Source of the DNA: Tubiluchus corallicola
Lineage: Eukaryota; Animalia; Priapulida
Length of the DNA: 64,000 nt
Assembly: GCA_030141605.1 (NCBI GenBank)
Contig: JAQGDQ010000003.1
Coordinates: 2,666,001 to 2,730,000 of the forward strand
Reading direction: 5' to 3'
Positions 1 through 11,600 of the stretch are shown piece after piece. Every line of letters starts with the position of its first letter. The first letter of the stretch is position 1. Under the pieces are notes generated by a model. The model saw only the letters and a program-made list of their open reading frames with translations, made no database searches and had not been told where the DNA came from. Position numbers and translations under genes: made by a program.

Positions 1-1509
1 AACTTTTTGCTCAAACCGGACTTAGCCATTTTTTGTTACTCCTAAAATGCGAGCGTTTTTTTTGAACTTTAAATGACCGCCATTTCAAGACAAACTAATT
101 ATTTTAAATCTGATTTTTTTAAATTAACTATATGCTCATAGCACTATCAAATGAGCACAGTTGCGACTATGGTGGCGCGCTCTACAATTTTCGTTCAGCC
201 ACCCTACTAGTAGTTCAGCCACCCTACTACCAGTTAATTAAAAAACCGATCTGAGTGAACTTTTAAAGGTTTTTTTCAAAATAATACTTTGTATCTTTAA
301 TCTTTTGTCATAGTATGTGCACTGCCTTGATTACACCACTTTTAATGTATTGTTATCCTTTTTCCAGGCACACCTAATTGATATTTTTGTTACATGTATT
401 ATTGTATAGTATAATTAAAATGTTAACCAACGCATAATTTATGATGATGCACTTTGGTAGTCAAGAACAGTTATCAAATAGAAAGCATTTACAGCACTAC
501 ATGTGTCACTCTTATTACTAGAAAACCTTAATTACCTGTACCTGACACATCTTTAGGATGCAGTTTTATAAGCATTTTGAATGCTCAATCAGAGCCCAGT
601 TTAGTTTTCACTGTCCCCAGAGAAGAATGCTGTAACTTCACCTGCGGCACACCTGCATTGCATTTTCTCCGGTACATCTAATCAGAAAATTGTTTTATTA
701 CATTTGACTATGCACTTTAACGTCTTAGTCATTGAAAACTTCAAGTACTCGAAGTGTAATTAATGAAGGATTGTCCCATATATTGTTGTTTCAAGCTTGT
801 GAAACTGACATATTAATATAGTATGTATTATATTAAGCTTAAGATGATTAGTCGTTGCTCTGTACATAATTAAAGACACTTGTTTATTGTCCAAGCAGAT
901 TTTGATTATCAATTTAGTCCTGACTTCAGGCATTTTGTTCAACTTTGAATCAGCTTTTACAAGTATATATTTCTAATCTTGTATGTTATTGTAAGGTATG
1001 CAAGCACAAAATACACAAAATTAAAAAAATAGGAAAAACTTAGTTCAGTAACAATGCAAAATAAATTTATTATAAATGACAAACTTAGCCACATAATATC
1101 AAAGATATTTATACAGTAATGCAACTATTACAGAAAAAGATAATAATAATTTACTTTTTACAAAAACTCTAAAGATGCTTCTAAATTGCCAATTCCGAAT
1201 TCCGGACCTTCATACTCTCCCGCCATTTTGAACTAATGAATGAAAAATAGCTTCTTATTTTAGAAAATATAGTGGAAGCCTTTTGTTGATTGACTAGGAT
1301 CATAAGTAAGCACAACAGTTGTAGAAACCTAGAAAAGACAAGTTTCGAATTAATATAAATACTAATGTGACTGAAGAGGAATAGATCTTGGGTAATTTAC
1401 GACATAAAGTGAAATTTGATTTTTAAATGGCCTTTCAGCCTTTATTTATATGTAGGCAACATACAGAATGCCAAATAACAAAATTTAATATATTTGCAAA
1501 TTCCCTCTT

Positions 1510-2831
1510 CTAATTTATTTTTCCACGACTTTTCAATGATGCATCAATGTGAGACTGTAACTCTGCTTCTTTCTCCTCGGCTCGTTTTAATAAAGTTTCT
1601 CTACCAAGCACTTGATTCTTTATCGCTTCTTTGCTACTTTCAAACTCAGACAATTTTTCTTTCAAGCTGACATTTTCTGCAAAACATACTTCCCACTGCT
1701 TTTTCAAATCTTCAATGATGCTTTTCTGTTTTCCAATTTTGGAATTTCTTTACGTTGTCAATTTCTTTTTCAAATTCTTTGTGCTACCACCCAGTTTCAG
1801 ATTTGCTGCATTTGTCCATTTCTTACACTGTGCGTTCTTTTTTAGCAAAGAAATGGCTTCTAACCTCTTTTCAAGCTGAGTGATATCATTTTTTAAGCTC
1901 TCTGTTTCTACATTATAAGCTGCATTTGAAACTCTTTTCTGTTTTTTAAGAAATGCGATTCGCTTCTTGTAGACTGTAACATAAGTAGACGAACTAGAAC
2001 TAGCATTTGAGATATTGGCTGTTATCTGTTCATCCTGGCCTAAGAAAGGCTTTTTCAAGTAGCATAATGCGGCCTTGGATTTTTTGTTTTTTTTTCACTA
2101 GCATATGCATACGGTAGAGTCTATTTTTGAGTTTTGGAAGCGACACGTCTTTCTCTTCACAGCCAAGCAGGGTTACTAACACATTTTTGAATTTTTTTGT
2201 GTTTCTAGCACAAGCAGTGTGCACTTCCCAAGCAACTCCCTTACTAAGCTGATCTACAGAAAATTTTGATTGAGTTTGTGAGGAACTCAAACTTATTTCC
2301 ACCTGCGCAACTCAAAATTTCTTCTACAGACAACCCAATTTTATTGCAGTACCTAGATTCAAAGTTTGGCTTGCTTGGCTGTAGTGATGTGCACTGAAAA
2401 TCTGATGCACTTCCACTAGCACTGCCACTACTTGTGGAAGGCAAGGCTAAAGACTGCTGCCACAACCTTGTCTTTTGCATTTTCTGACATTTTTCGAATA
2501 ACCATTTTTCGAAAAATTTTCTCTTTTGTGTACAATGTTCGTGTGGCAGCAGGACTTGTGTCTTCGATTAAATCTAAAGACCACCCTTCATTAATACCCA
2601 AACTGCATAGTGCTTTTGCAAGTACCCTGGCTTTTGTTGGTTTGGAAATGCCAAAAGACAGGAAATCCAACAAATTTGCATTTTCTAGGCTATCTACTAA
2701 TTTTAATAATTCGAAAATATTAGTCCAGGTCAGAGACTTTGAATGCAAAACACTATGCAGTTCAGAACCACCTTTAATTTCCCCAGTTTGAAAAAAGGAA
2801 GCCCAGAGAGGAAATGAAGCTCTTTGTCCAT
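1510..2831 (-). pseudogene. Frameshifted gene for a Lys/Glu-rich coiled-coil protein, probably transposon-borne
   Basis: ATG at 2831 (MDKELHFLSGLPF) leads into a chain of overlapping same-strand ORFs (2428-2748, 2244-2480, 2030-2302, 1750-2058, 1510-1707). They join through about 4 frameshifts and one in-frame stop. The C-terminal part has a heptad-like pattern (LKNDITQLEKRLEAI; SLKEKLSEFESSKEAIK). No family recognised. Confidence 0.6.
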
Positions 2832-2896
2832 TTGTGTGATCTAGTAATACTGTCGTAGTGTACGATCACTTAAAATCAGTAACACGCACAGCCAAC

Positions 2897-2904
2897 TTTT
2901 ATAT
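2897..2904 (-). promoter_or_regulatory. TATA box of the decayed minus-strand gene
   Basis: Consensus TATAAAAG on the minus strand about 65 nt upstream of the ATG at 2831. Confidence 0.45.
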
Positions 2905-3508
2905 AGTTTTAATTTCAAAACCTCGACACTAAAATAAATTATTGTAATATATTGTATTATATTAATAGTTAATAGTAACAACTTTGATCACTGAAATAAA
3001 AAAATGCTATCACTAAACTAAGAAGGACGGTAGAGAATTATAAGAAAACAGCGGAAACACAACTACAGAAAAATAGGGTAACTACAGTAAACACTAACAC
3101 ATTCCCAGGCACGTACTAAATCACGTCGCTGTACTTTTTACAACTCACCAGAATTATGAATGGAGTATATAGTGTCACACCACTTCTTTGTTCTAGCTTC
3201 ACCAGTAAGCGCTTCAGGAGTTGTGTCCATCTAAAAATTGTTTACTTGCAGCAACCAATTGCAAACGTTTTGATATTTCAGGCTGTACCATGACTCACAC
3301 ACCCTGAGCCAATCAGCGGTTCACAGCAGAGAGGCTTCTCTTTACAAAAAAGCTCTTTTATATGGCTAAATGCGGCCCGGACTAACTCATTTTATCCAAT
3401 CATTACGTGTTTTAGAATTAAGATAACACATTTAAGAATATTTTTAGATGCGAACCAATAAGATTGCCACTTTTTCAAGGTTTAATACCGCAGTGTGTGT
3501 AAAAGACA

Positions 3509-4110
3509 ACAAGTATCTCGGTAGTCTGCTAGCAACAGAGGACGACATATTAAGACGAAAGATAATGGCATTATCAGTTTACTTAGAACTCACAAAAGTT
3601 TTTGAAAATAGGAAGATTTCTTTGGAAACAAAAATCAGAATATTCTCAGCCTTAGTCGAAACTGTATTTCTGTATAACTCTGAGCTGTGGACATTAAAAG
3701 CAAATCATAAAGCTGAAATCGATGGGTTTCAAAGGCGAAATTACAGAAACATTTTGGGTATTAGATGGCCAAAGAGAATTTCAAACAAAGTTCTATATGA
3801 AAAAATAAAACAAGAACCTTGGACAAGAAAAATAAAAAGACGACGTTTAAGATGGATTGGGCATATGCTTAGACTACCTGATGACGTTCCAGTGAAGATA
3901 GCTCTACAACAAGCCATAGAACCTGCTAAAAAACCTGCAGGAGGACAAATGTTAACATACTTAGATTTTGCACAGAAAGATTTAAACACTTCAGCATTGA
4001 TCCTTAGAAACAAATCCACATGGGGCATTGCAGCGTGTAGGGAGTCCTGGCATAGAGAGGTGAGCAGAATCATGTCCCTGGACATTTGATTCAGTGAAGA
4101 AGAAGAAGAA
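3509..4110 (+). mobile_element. 5'-truncated RTE-clade LINE (C-terminal part of the RT ORF) with (GAA)n tail and 12-bp TSD
   Basis: The ORF 3448-4089 has KYLGS...TKIRIFSALVETVFLYNSELW...ILGIRWPKRISN...RRRLRWIGHMLR, typical of the RTE ORF2 C-terminus. Tail GAAGAAGAAGAAGAA at 4096-4110. TSD GTGTAAAAGACA at 3497-3508 and 4111-4122. Confidence 0.92.
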
Positions 4111-4707
4111 GTGTAAAAGACACGCTATTTTGACGGACAAAATGTTGTAATTTAATTGTGGCTCGGGTCTTAAAGTAATTTGCGGACCTTTTTTTACCCA
4201 AGTAAGGCTGATAATATCGAAAATAAAGCTGTTATTCTGGGCCGCAAATTGATTTGAAAATATCCATCGAAATTTTTAAATCCGGGCCATTTTTGATGTC
4301 ACGCTGACAGATCGATTGCAGTAATGCCGTTTTTGACAACTTCACAAGTTTCCTGCTCAAAACTTAGGACAGTACGGAAAATTAAATTTCGGTAGATAAA
4401 AGACCGACAACAGTAGTTTAACTGTATTAATTTGATTTTTAATTTACTTTCATGTTTGAAAACTGATAACCGAAATATGCCAGAAAATGATGTTCTACCT
4501 TCATCTCCCACAATATGGCGGCGCGCGTCAGCCACCCTACTAGTAGTAACAGGCCATTAGAAACTCCCAGTACCATAGTTTACATTCATCACAAGTGCTT
4601 CAAACTTAAAAACCTAGCTAGTGCAACCCAAGAAACTTGGCAAAATGCTGTATATTAGCTATTTAACGGGTAACGATGTGGGTATCTGTCTGTTACAAAC
4701 GTTCATG

Positions 4708-5020
4708 TTCTCGCATTCCTGTACCTTCCTCCAAGTTTCACATTCGACAGTTAAAACCTATTTCATGTTTAAAGTTCTGGTGTAATCAATGAAAGGTTTG
4801 TAATGCTTCAGCAAAATACATATTAATCTCCCTCTAGTTAGCTATCCAATGTTATATTTACCTGTCCGGACACGAATTTTCCCCATTCTCGTATTCCTGC
4901 ACTTTCCCCTGTGCTTCACATTCAACAAGTATTTCATTTCATGTTCAAAGTGCTGGTGTAACCAAAAAAAGTTTGTAATACTTCAATGAGGATACTTGTT
5001 ACTAGCTCATTAACTGTCTA
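4708..5020. repeat. Diverged tandem duplication, unit about 178 bp
   Basis: TTCTCGYATTCCTGYAC...TTCACATTCRACA...TTTCATGTTYAAAGTKCTGGTGTAA...GTTTGTAATRCTTCA occurs twice in succession. Confidence 0.75.
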
Positions 5021-5536
5021 GCAAACTTGTCTTGCAATCTTGCAAACTGTTTTGCAATCGCTAAGAAGTTCAGTGAACTCCCCCTTATACTAAAATTACT
5101 TTTTAAAAGGTTGTCTATTTGGTGAAAATTATATTAAACAAACTGAACAGTTTCCTATATGCTTATAAAAAGTTATCTGAAAAAAGCTGACAAATACTAA
5201 ACAGCAAACATAGCACAGTAGCCGACGTTTTGCTTTATGTTTCTGTATGCGACTCACCATCAGCACACAAGTCATGTCAATGTGCATATCGTGATGATGT
5301 TGTATTATACGTGATGAAATAAACCAATAAGAATTAGAGCTAGTGAACAATTATACTATTGCAGTTTTGCTTAAATACTAATTTTATTGATTCTACGAAA
5401 TAGTTTGAACACCTGTTGAAAAAATTAGGGCTGAAATTAAAGTACTTAATACTTTACTACGTAACTATTAAATAAAAACACAGAACAATTTTACACGGGA
5501 ATTTTATACTGATGCTGGACATAGAAATTCAGCAAT

Positions 5537-5558
5537 CCGAATATTCGGTGCATCCCTA
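5537..5558 (-). mobile_element. Solo hAT-like MITE terminus
   Basis: The reverse complement reads TAGGGATGCACCGAATATTCGG: a TAGGGATG hAT-type end plus a CCGAATATTCGG subterminal palindrome. No intact partner end was found. Confidence 0.4.
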
Positions 5559-7562
5559 TACAATATACATACATAATTTACTTAATTAACAAACTACAAA
5601 TGGTTACAATATTTATAAAGCACATATATGATTTATGATTTCTATTAGCTCATAATGAGAAAATAAAATACAGCATAAAATTTGTCTAAACGATCTGAAA
5701 TTTCTAATATCACATGCACATGCACCATGTCTTGTTCACTGAATCAGTCTTCAATAAGCTTTTTGTAAACCATTGATTTTGCCTCTAGACAATTATTAAT
5801 TAAGTCTCCTTCCTTAATGCTTACTTATATTCATAATATAGAAAATGTAAGTTTTTTTCAATAATAGTTTCAACAGGCATTTTCAAGTTCATTACCATAC
5901 ACCATACTAACCAATTGTTATTACCACCAACTTTAGCATAAAATTTCATAAACCTGCTAATAATCTGGGTTTTGGTGTGCTTAGGGTACTAATTCATGAT
6001 AATAGTTGAGTGAGCGTTGTATTTAGCAACAAAATAGTTTTCTAATAGCAATATTGTTATAGAATATGGGAATGGGAAAGTTTGTAATGGACTGGTGCCC
6101 ACATGGATACACAGACGGGCAACCAGAGAACAATATCTTCCCTTTATAATGAATGTCGAATACCAAGCCAACATGCAAACTCACCTGCAATCACCCATCA
6201 CTTCTAGAAGGCAAAACTAAAAAATGTTGTCATCATTCAGCAGTTATGATGACTGGTCCTCCTAGATAGAAACAATGTATTTGTCATTTCAAAGGTCTCT
6301 TAATACTTATCAAACTATGTGGATGCACAAATTCATCAGCCACTAAGTCTCATTGAAATCAGCATATACCAGTCACTACATAACATATACAAATCTGATT
6401 CTTCACTGCGTGTAACTAATACTATGGAACTTTAAGATGTGTCAGTGTCATTGCTTTCACACCTTCCTGGTACCAACAACTTCGTTGCTGAAACTTCTCT
6501 TCACCCTCTGTAAACAGTAGCATACAGTCTTTAAAAGTGGTTCCGTACCCTTACTCACTTGGCAGTAGTAGATTGAAGGTTGTTTCTTTTGTGATATTAT
6601 AATCAGTGGTGGCTGGTGTATAGGTACTGTGGAACTGTAGCACCCATATTTTTATTCAATGTTATCAATAATATTCAATATAATAAGTCTTTCTTAGTTC
6701 TTTTCTTATACATGTTCTTGTATGGAACCAGAGCACATGAGGGTATTACTGTTTGCTTCACAGGCCAGCATAGTGGAGCGTTTGGCTGTTGTGCACATGC
6801 GGCTATGTGCACATGACATAACATGCTGTACGTTGCACTGCTGGCATCTGCTGCTAAGTAGAGAAAGTACTGTTGCTTACACAGTTTGTTGTTAGTTGTC
6901 ACGTGGTTACAAACCATGCAGCCGCATATTCTTGATCTGCAGCAATTTAGGCTACTCGTAAGCAAAAGAAAACTCCTAAAAAAATCAAGTTTATTTATAC
7001 GTTTTCGTATGTTTGTTTGTTTAGAATTACAATTGCAAATTACAACATTAAAATTACATATGTTTGTTTCTTTTTACATAGCATTAAAACTATGGCTAAA
7101 AATTTTCTGAAACAGCACCTACTAATTTTAACTATGAGCCTCTACTGATTATAATGCTCGGTATTAGTCTCAAAGGTTTAGTATTACTAGCTGTCCATTG
7201 TCCAGAGCTGCTGTAAATTCTGTACTTACAAAATGTAACACGTGATTCAAAATACAATTTCATGATTTTGATACAGAAAAAGAAGATAATAGAATTGAAT
7301 CCACAATTACTGAGTTTTTGAAGCTAAACTTAGCCAAAAGTAAGGAACAAGTTAAATGTCCAGGAGACCATTTAGTCGGACTGAGTTCGAGTTTGAACCA
7401 TAGACATTTGAATTACGAGGCTAATGCCTTGATAACTAGATAGTAAGAAAGGGTTTAGAAACGTTCTTGATTTTGTTGTTTCTTGATTTCTTGATTTTTC
7501 TTGATTTTGTTGTTAATAAATACTGTTTTCTTTTCTTTTTAGTATGATGTTTATGCAGCATA

Positions 7563-9968
7563 ATGGTTAAGAATGGTAAAAACAATAAAGAAGAATTTCT
7601 TAACATCTGTTTAAAGATTATTGAAGGTGATTTTGAAGAATTTAAGCACAGCGTTACATTACCGGTGAGAATGTATCCTCATCTTTTCTGTCCACTATGC
7701 GGCTTGGCAGTTACTGAGAAATTAGATTATGTTAACCATGTAAAACATCACTTGAAGTCATCGCCTAGGTGTTCTGACTTAGCTATAAATGCCAGAAACA
7801 GTCAACAATTGATCAACGGCCCTGTTAACAGTTTGCAGGCTGATTGCACTACCATTCCAAATGAACAAGGTCTGCTAAACAGCACGGTTTTTACGTTACC
7901 GGTTTGCACTGTACCAACAGATGTTGCACACACCTCTGTATCACAATTTGGTTCACCCCAATTGTTTTGTTGTGACGAATCGAGTAATTTCAGCTACAGC
8001 ATTGGGTCACCGTTGTCAAGAGCAATTTCTGAAATATCGGATCATTCAGATTTACAAAGCTTTAGCGACACGTCAAGCTTGCATGAAAAATTTGTAGGAC
8101 CTGATGTAGATGAGCAAAATAAAACTCTGAAAGTTAACCTGCAACGACTGCCTGATGAATTTGTTGAGAAATTCAAACATCCGTCACAGATTCAGCTGCT
8201 GCAAAAATCAACGAGTTCTAATATGATCGTTTCACGTAGCATACAGGATCATTCTCCTAAGTCAGTGGAGGCACCTGTTTTATCTATTTCAAAGAAAGCA
8301 AGTATTCAAAAGAACATTGACAATTCACAAGAAATGGTCTGTCAGTCCTGTGGGCGCAAGTTTCGCTACCAAGTTTCTTATAAAAAACATGTTAAGATAT
8401 GTACCAAAAACAAAAAAATTCACTGTGCCATGTGTAATGGTTCGTTTGATAACAATTTTGATTATAGAAAGCACGTGGATGTGTGTCGTCATTCGAGTCC
8501 ATCAAGACAACAGACCAGTATTTTACGTAGAAAGCGAAAAATAAAAAATGACGCTGCATGCCAACTCTGTGGGAAGACGATGCCTCGTAGAGACATAATT
8601 AGTCACTTATCTGAACACTCCAAAAACTGTAGTGTGTCAGTTAGTCCTAGCACTGTAAAAACCAATGTCTCTGTTACTGCATCACCAACATCGTCTTGTA
8701 ACATATCAAACTTGTCGAAATCTGTAGGAGCTGAACCTACGAGCAGTGAAATTAACCTAGTGCTCACTGTGCTGCCAAGCACAGAAGTGCAAATGAATAG
8801 TACGAATGATTTATTTGGATCTGAAACGTTAAATAAGAATGTTAATTCAGCTGCCATGAGTTTATTTTGTAGAATCTGCAAGTGCAATTTTGAAGATTGT
8901 GAAAAGTATCATGAGCATGTCAGGTCGCATACAAATGCATGTGCTGTATGCCTATTGAACTTTAATGATAACAAGCATTCTGAGAGCGTGTTATTGTCAC
9001 ACTTGTCCGCTCACATCTGTGGAACTTGTGGAACATCACTGGGAAGTGTTATAACTTTAGAAGCCTCTTCACAGTTTAAATGTCAGTTGTGCAGTATTGA
9101 ATTTTCTGATGACAAGAATTACCAACTACATGTTATTCAGTCGCATAATCTTCAACCTCTAATACAGCTTAATAAAACTACTTCACAGGAGAAAACCCAA
9201 AGTGTGTCTGAATCTACTGTAGGAAGCATTGCCAGCAGTGCAATAACTGCACCGGCTAGCACTTTATCCGTGCCTAGTCAGGGTCGAGGCTCAATAGTTG
9301 GACAAGGTAGTATGTATAGTTGTATAATTTGCTTTCTCGCTTTCAAGAATAAACTGGATTATTACAACCATCTGTCTACGGAACACAGTTTAAAATTGTA
9401 TGGGTGCAATTTATGCTTTCATAGTTGTGTGACGAAGAAAGATTACATTGCCCATCTCTCCCAGCATGAGTCAGACATTGCTGCTCAGTGTACTGATCAG
9501 GCTGAAGATGTGCAAATATCAAATTGGAAATCTTTTTCGGCAAATGTCACTTTCGATTTTAATTGTCAATTATGTGATAAGAAATGTGCAAATTACTCTT
9601 CTAGACTGCGCCACTTAGTTAAGGACCATGGTATTAAACCTTATTCTTGTCAGTTATGTGAAGCAAATTTTGAAAAGCTGAGTGCTCTATTATTTCACTT
9701 GGATAATCATGCAAAAGAGAACACAACATCTACTGGCTTATCTGCAGTGGAGATATCACCTAATCTAAAAGTGAGCTCGCTCGACGAAAACTTTGATCCA
9801 AAAGAAGGATTTCTGGATAAGTTTTTAGATTTTAGTCGCGAAGAGATTGTTGTTGACGAGATTGCATCAGTTGATATACATCATCCCAGCTTTGCAAGCA
9901 ATCTCCAGTTAAACATGGAAGTTGAATCAGATGATGATAACATAAACAAGGCTTTTTTAAATATGTAA
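7563..9968 (+). CDS. Multi-C2H2/C2HC zinc-finger protein, 801 aa, about 11 scattered fingers, single coding exon
   Basis: Uninterrupted 2.4-kb ORF. Fingers include CPLC..HVKHH, CQLC..HLSEH, CRIC..HVRSH, CIIC..HLSTEH, CNLC..HLSQH, CQLC..HLVKDH and CQLC..HLDNH. Basic NLS-like RRKRKIK and an acidic C-terminus. Polypyrimidine-AG acceptor at 7542; AATAAA near 10172. Confidence 0.93.
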   Translation: MVKNGKNNKEEFLNICLKIIEGDFEEFKHSVTLPVRMYPHLFCPLCGLAVTEKLDYVNHVKHHLKSSPRCSDLAINARNSQQLINGPVNSLQADCTTIPNEQGLLNSTVFTLPVCTVPTDVAHTSVSQFGSPQLFCCDESSNFSYSIGSPLSRAISEISDHSDLQSFSDTSSLHEKFVGPDVDEQNKTLKVNLQRLPDEFVEKFKHPSQIQLLQKSTSSNMIVSRSIQDHSPKSVEAPVLSISKKASIQKNIDNSQEMVCQSCGRKFRYQVSYKKHVKICTKNKKIHCAMCNGSFDNNFDYRKHVDVCRHSSPSRQQTSILRRKRKIKNDAACQLCGKTMPRRDIISHLSEHSKNCSVSVSPSTVKTNVSVTASPTSSCNISNLSKSVGAEPTSSEINLVLTVLPSTEVQMNSTNDLFGSETLNKNVNSAAMSLFCRICKCNFEDCEKYHEHVRSHTNACAVCLLNFNDNKHSESVLLSHLSAHICGTCGTSLGSVITLEASSQFKCQLCSIEFSDDKNYQLHVIQSHNLQPLIQLNKTTSQEKTQSVSESTVGSIASSAITAPASTLSVPSQGRGSIVGQGSMYSCIICFLAFKNKLDYYNHLSTEHSLKLYGCNLCFHSCVTKKDYIAHLSQHESDIAAQCTDQAEDVQISNWKSFSANVTFDFNCQLCDKKCANYSSRLRHLVKDHGIKPYSCQLCEANFEKLSALLFHLDNHAKENTTSTGLSAVEISPNLKVSSLDENFDPKEGFLDKFLDFSREEIVVDEIASVDIHHPSFASNLQLNMEVESDDDNINKAFLNM

Positions 9969-10686
9969 CGTGTTTACTTTTGTTCTAAATATTACTTTCA
10001 CTAGCTAAATTATCCATATCTGTTTTATTACCGGAGACAGTCAGTCATGGTAGAGGCCACCTGCAACTAGTGCTACAGCTAATAGATTACTTTGTTCATT
10101 GTTTGGTACAAAATTTTTACTTTATTTGCCTGAAAATTTCAGCTTTAGTTCTAAAGAAAAACACTTTTTGAAATAAAATGCGTGTACTTAAAAATGTATA
10201 GTGATACTTGTCGAGATTTAAAGTGTCACGAATGTGAATTTTGAAGCTCAGCTATGGTGCTGAGTTAAGACAGTGACCATAGGTCTGTTTCTAGTTGTTT
10301 GCTTAAACAAAATGTTATTATCAGACAACTAGTTGATTACAGTAATCGATTACTAAAACAGAAATAATTGTTTGTCTCAGTTACTTAATTTTTTTTTGGT
10401 GTCATTATCACTAATTTAATCTTTCAGTAATGTCACGTTACTTAATTTTTAACTATTGTGCCGGACTGACATTTTCCAATGGCAGAATGACACTTGCTTT
10501 AAACTTTCAGTAAGTGCCCGGATCATTCCATATTTCCATTGTACGGTATAATAAAATAAAATTTAAAATTAATTATAGTATTGCTTAATGCAATGCATAA
10601 GAGTGGCTTTATCTCTTCATAGACCTAAGTCCTATAAGCAAAATGCATCTCTAATCCTTTAAATCAACTGTGAGTTAATTTTAAGC

Positions 10687-10687
<1 letters not shown>

Positions 10688-10762
<75 letters not shown>

Positions 10763-10802
10763 GTCTCTGTCTCTGTCTCTGTCTCTGTCTCTCTCTCTGT
10801 CT
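10688..10802. repeat. (CT)n/(CTCTGT)n microsatellite
   Basis: Directly visible. Confidence 0.98.
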
Positions 10803-11470
10803 TACGTTTCGCTCCGCCCACATGCAACAGTTTACTTTTGGGTCTGTTATTTTGCAGTGTAAAAGTTTTGTACCTAGTAAAAAGGAAAAATATCTGGGTC
10901 ATATTTTATCAGATGACAATAGAGATGATTTAGATATATTACGACAATGTTCAATTTACTATGGTAGAGCAAATAAATTACTCATGAAATTTACTCACTG
11001 TTCAGTTAACGTGAAGAGACAATTGTTTAATGCTTACTGCACTACTTTTTATTCTATGTCCACTTGGAGACATTTTTATTCTTACAATCTTAGCAAACTC
11101 AAGGTTGCATATAATGTATCAACACGGAAGCTGTTTAACTTTTCATATGATACGAGCGCAAGATATATTTCTACTAGACTTAATATTATTTATTTTGATG
11201 TTATTCACAGAAAATGTGCATACAGTTTATACGTCAGACTGAATAACAGTGAAAATTTTATATGCAAGAACATTTTAAACAGTGATGCAAACTTTACTTC
11301 TGTAATTAGATGTCATTGGCGTACTTTGTTATATCGTTAATTGTTATTTGTGTTATTGTTGTGTTTCATGATTTATTGTATTATTTGTATTAATTTGTGA
11401 TGTGTTTATGATTTATGAACTTTGTGAAGTTTGAAATAAAATATTAAATCTAAAAATCTGAAATCTAAAT
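10803..11470 (+). mobile_element. 5'-truncated non-LTR retrotransposon 3' end (RTE-X-like)
   Basis: The ORF 10822-11340 has KYLGHIL...DDLDILRQ...RANKLLMKFTHCSVNVKRQLFNAYCTTFYSMSTW, the post-RT region of a LINE. It is followed by a short 3'UTR, AATAAA and an (AAATCT)-like tail, and is flanked by CTCTGTCT on both sides. Confidence 0.8.
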
Positions 11471-11555
11471 CTCTGTCTCTGTCTTTCTCTTTCTCCCTCA
11501 CTGTTTACCTCATTTTCACTATTTTAGTATTTTTTTAACTTTAAAATTAATATAT

Positions 11556-11559
<4 letters not shown>

Positions 11560-11592
<33 letters not shown>
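11560..11592. repeat. (TA)n microsatellite
   Basis: Directly visible. Confidence 0.95.

Positions 11593-11600
<8 letters not shown>

Larger units (their letters stand above)
195..4547. mobile_element. Decayed DNA transposon-like element (hAT-like end or Helitron 3' end), bounded by 20-bp direct repeats
   Basis: TCAGCCACCCTACTAGTAGT is identical at 195-214 and 4528-4547, with a partial third copy at 215-229. Both full copies are preceded by TATGGYGGCGCGC. The interval holds a frameshifted gene and a nested LINE. The superfamily is unresolved. Confidence 0.5.

Noticed and set aside
7370-7445. tRNA gene on the minus strand (GGTTCAAAC B-box)
   Set aside because: No cloverleaf can be folded; a degenerate SINE-like remnant at best.
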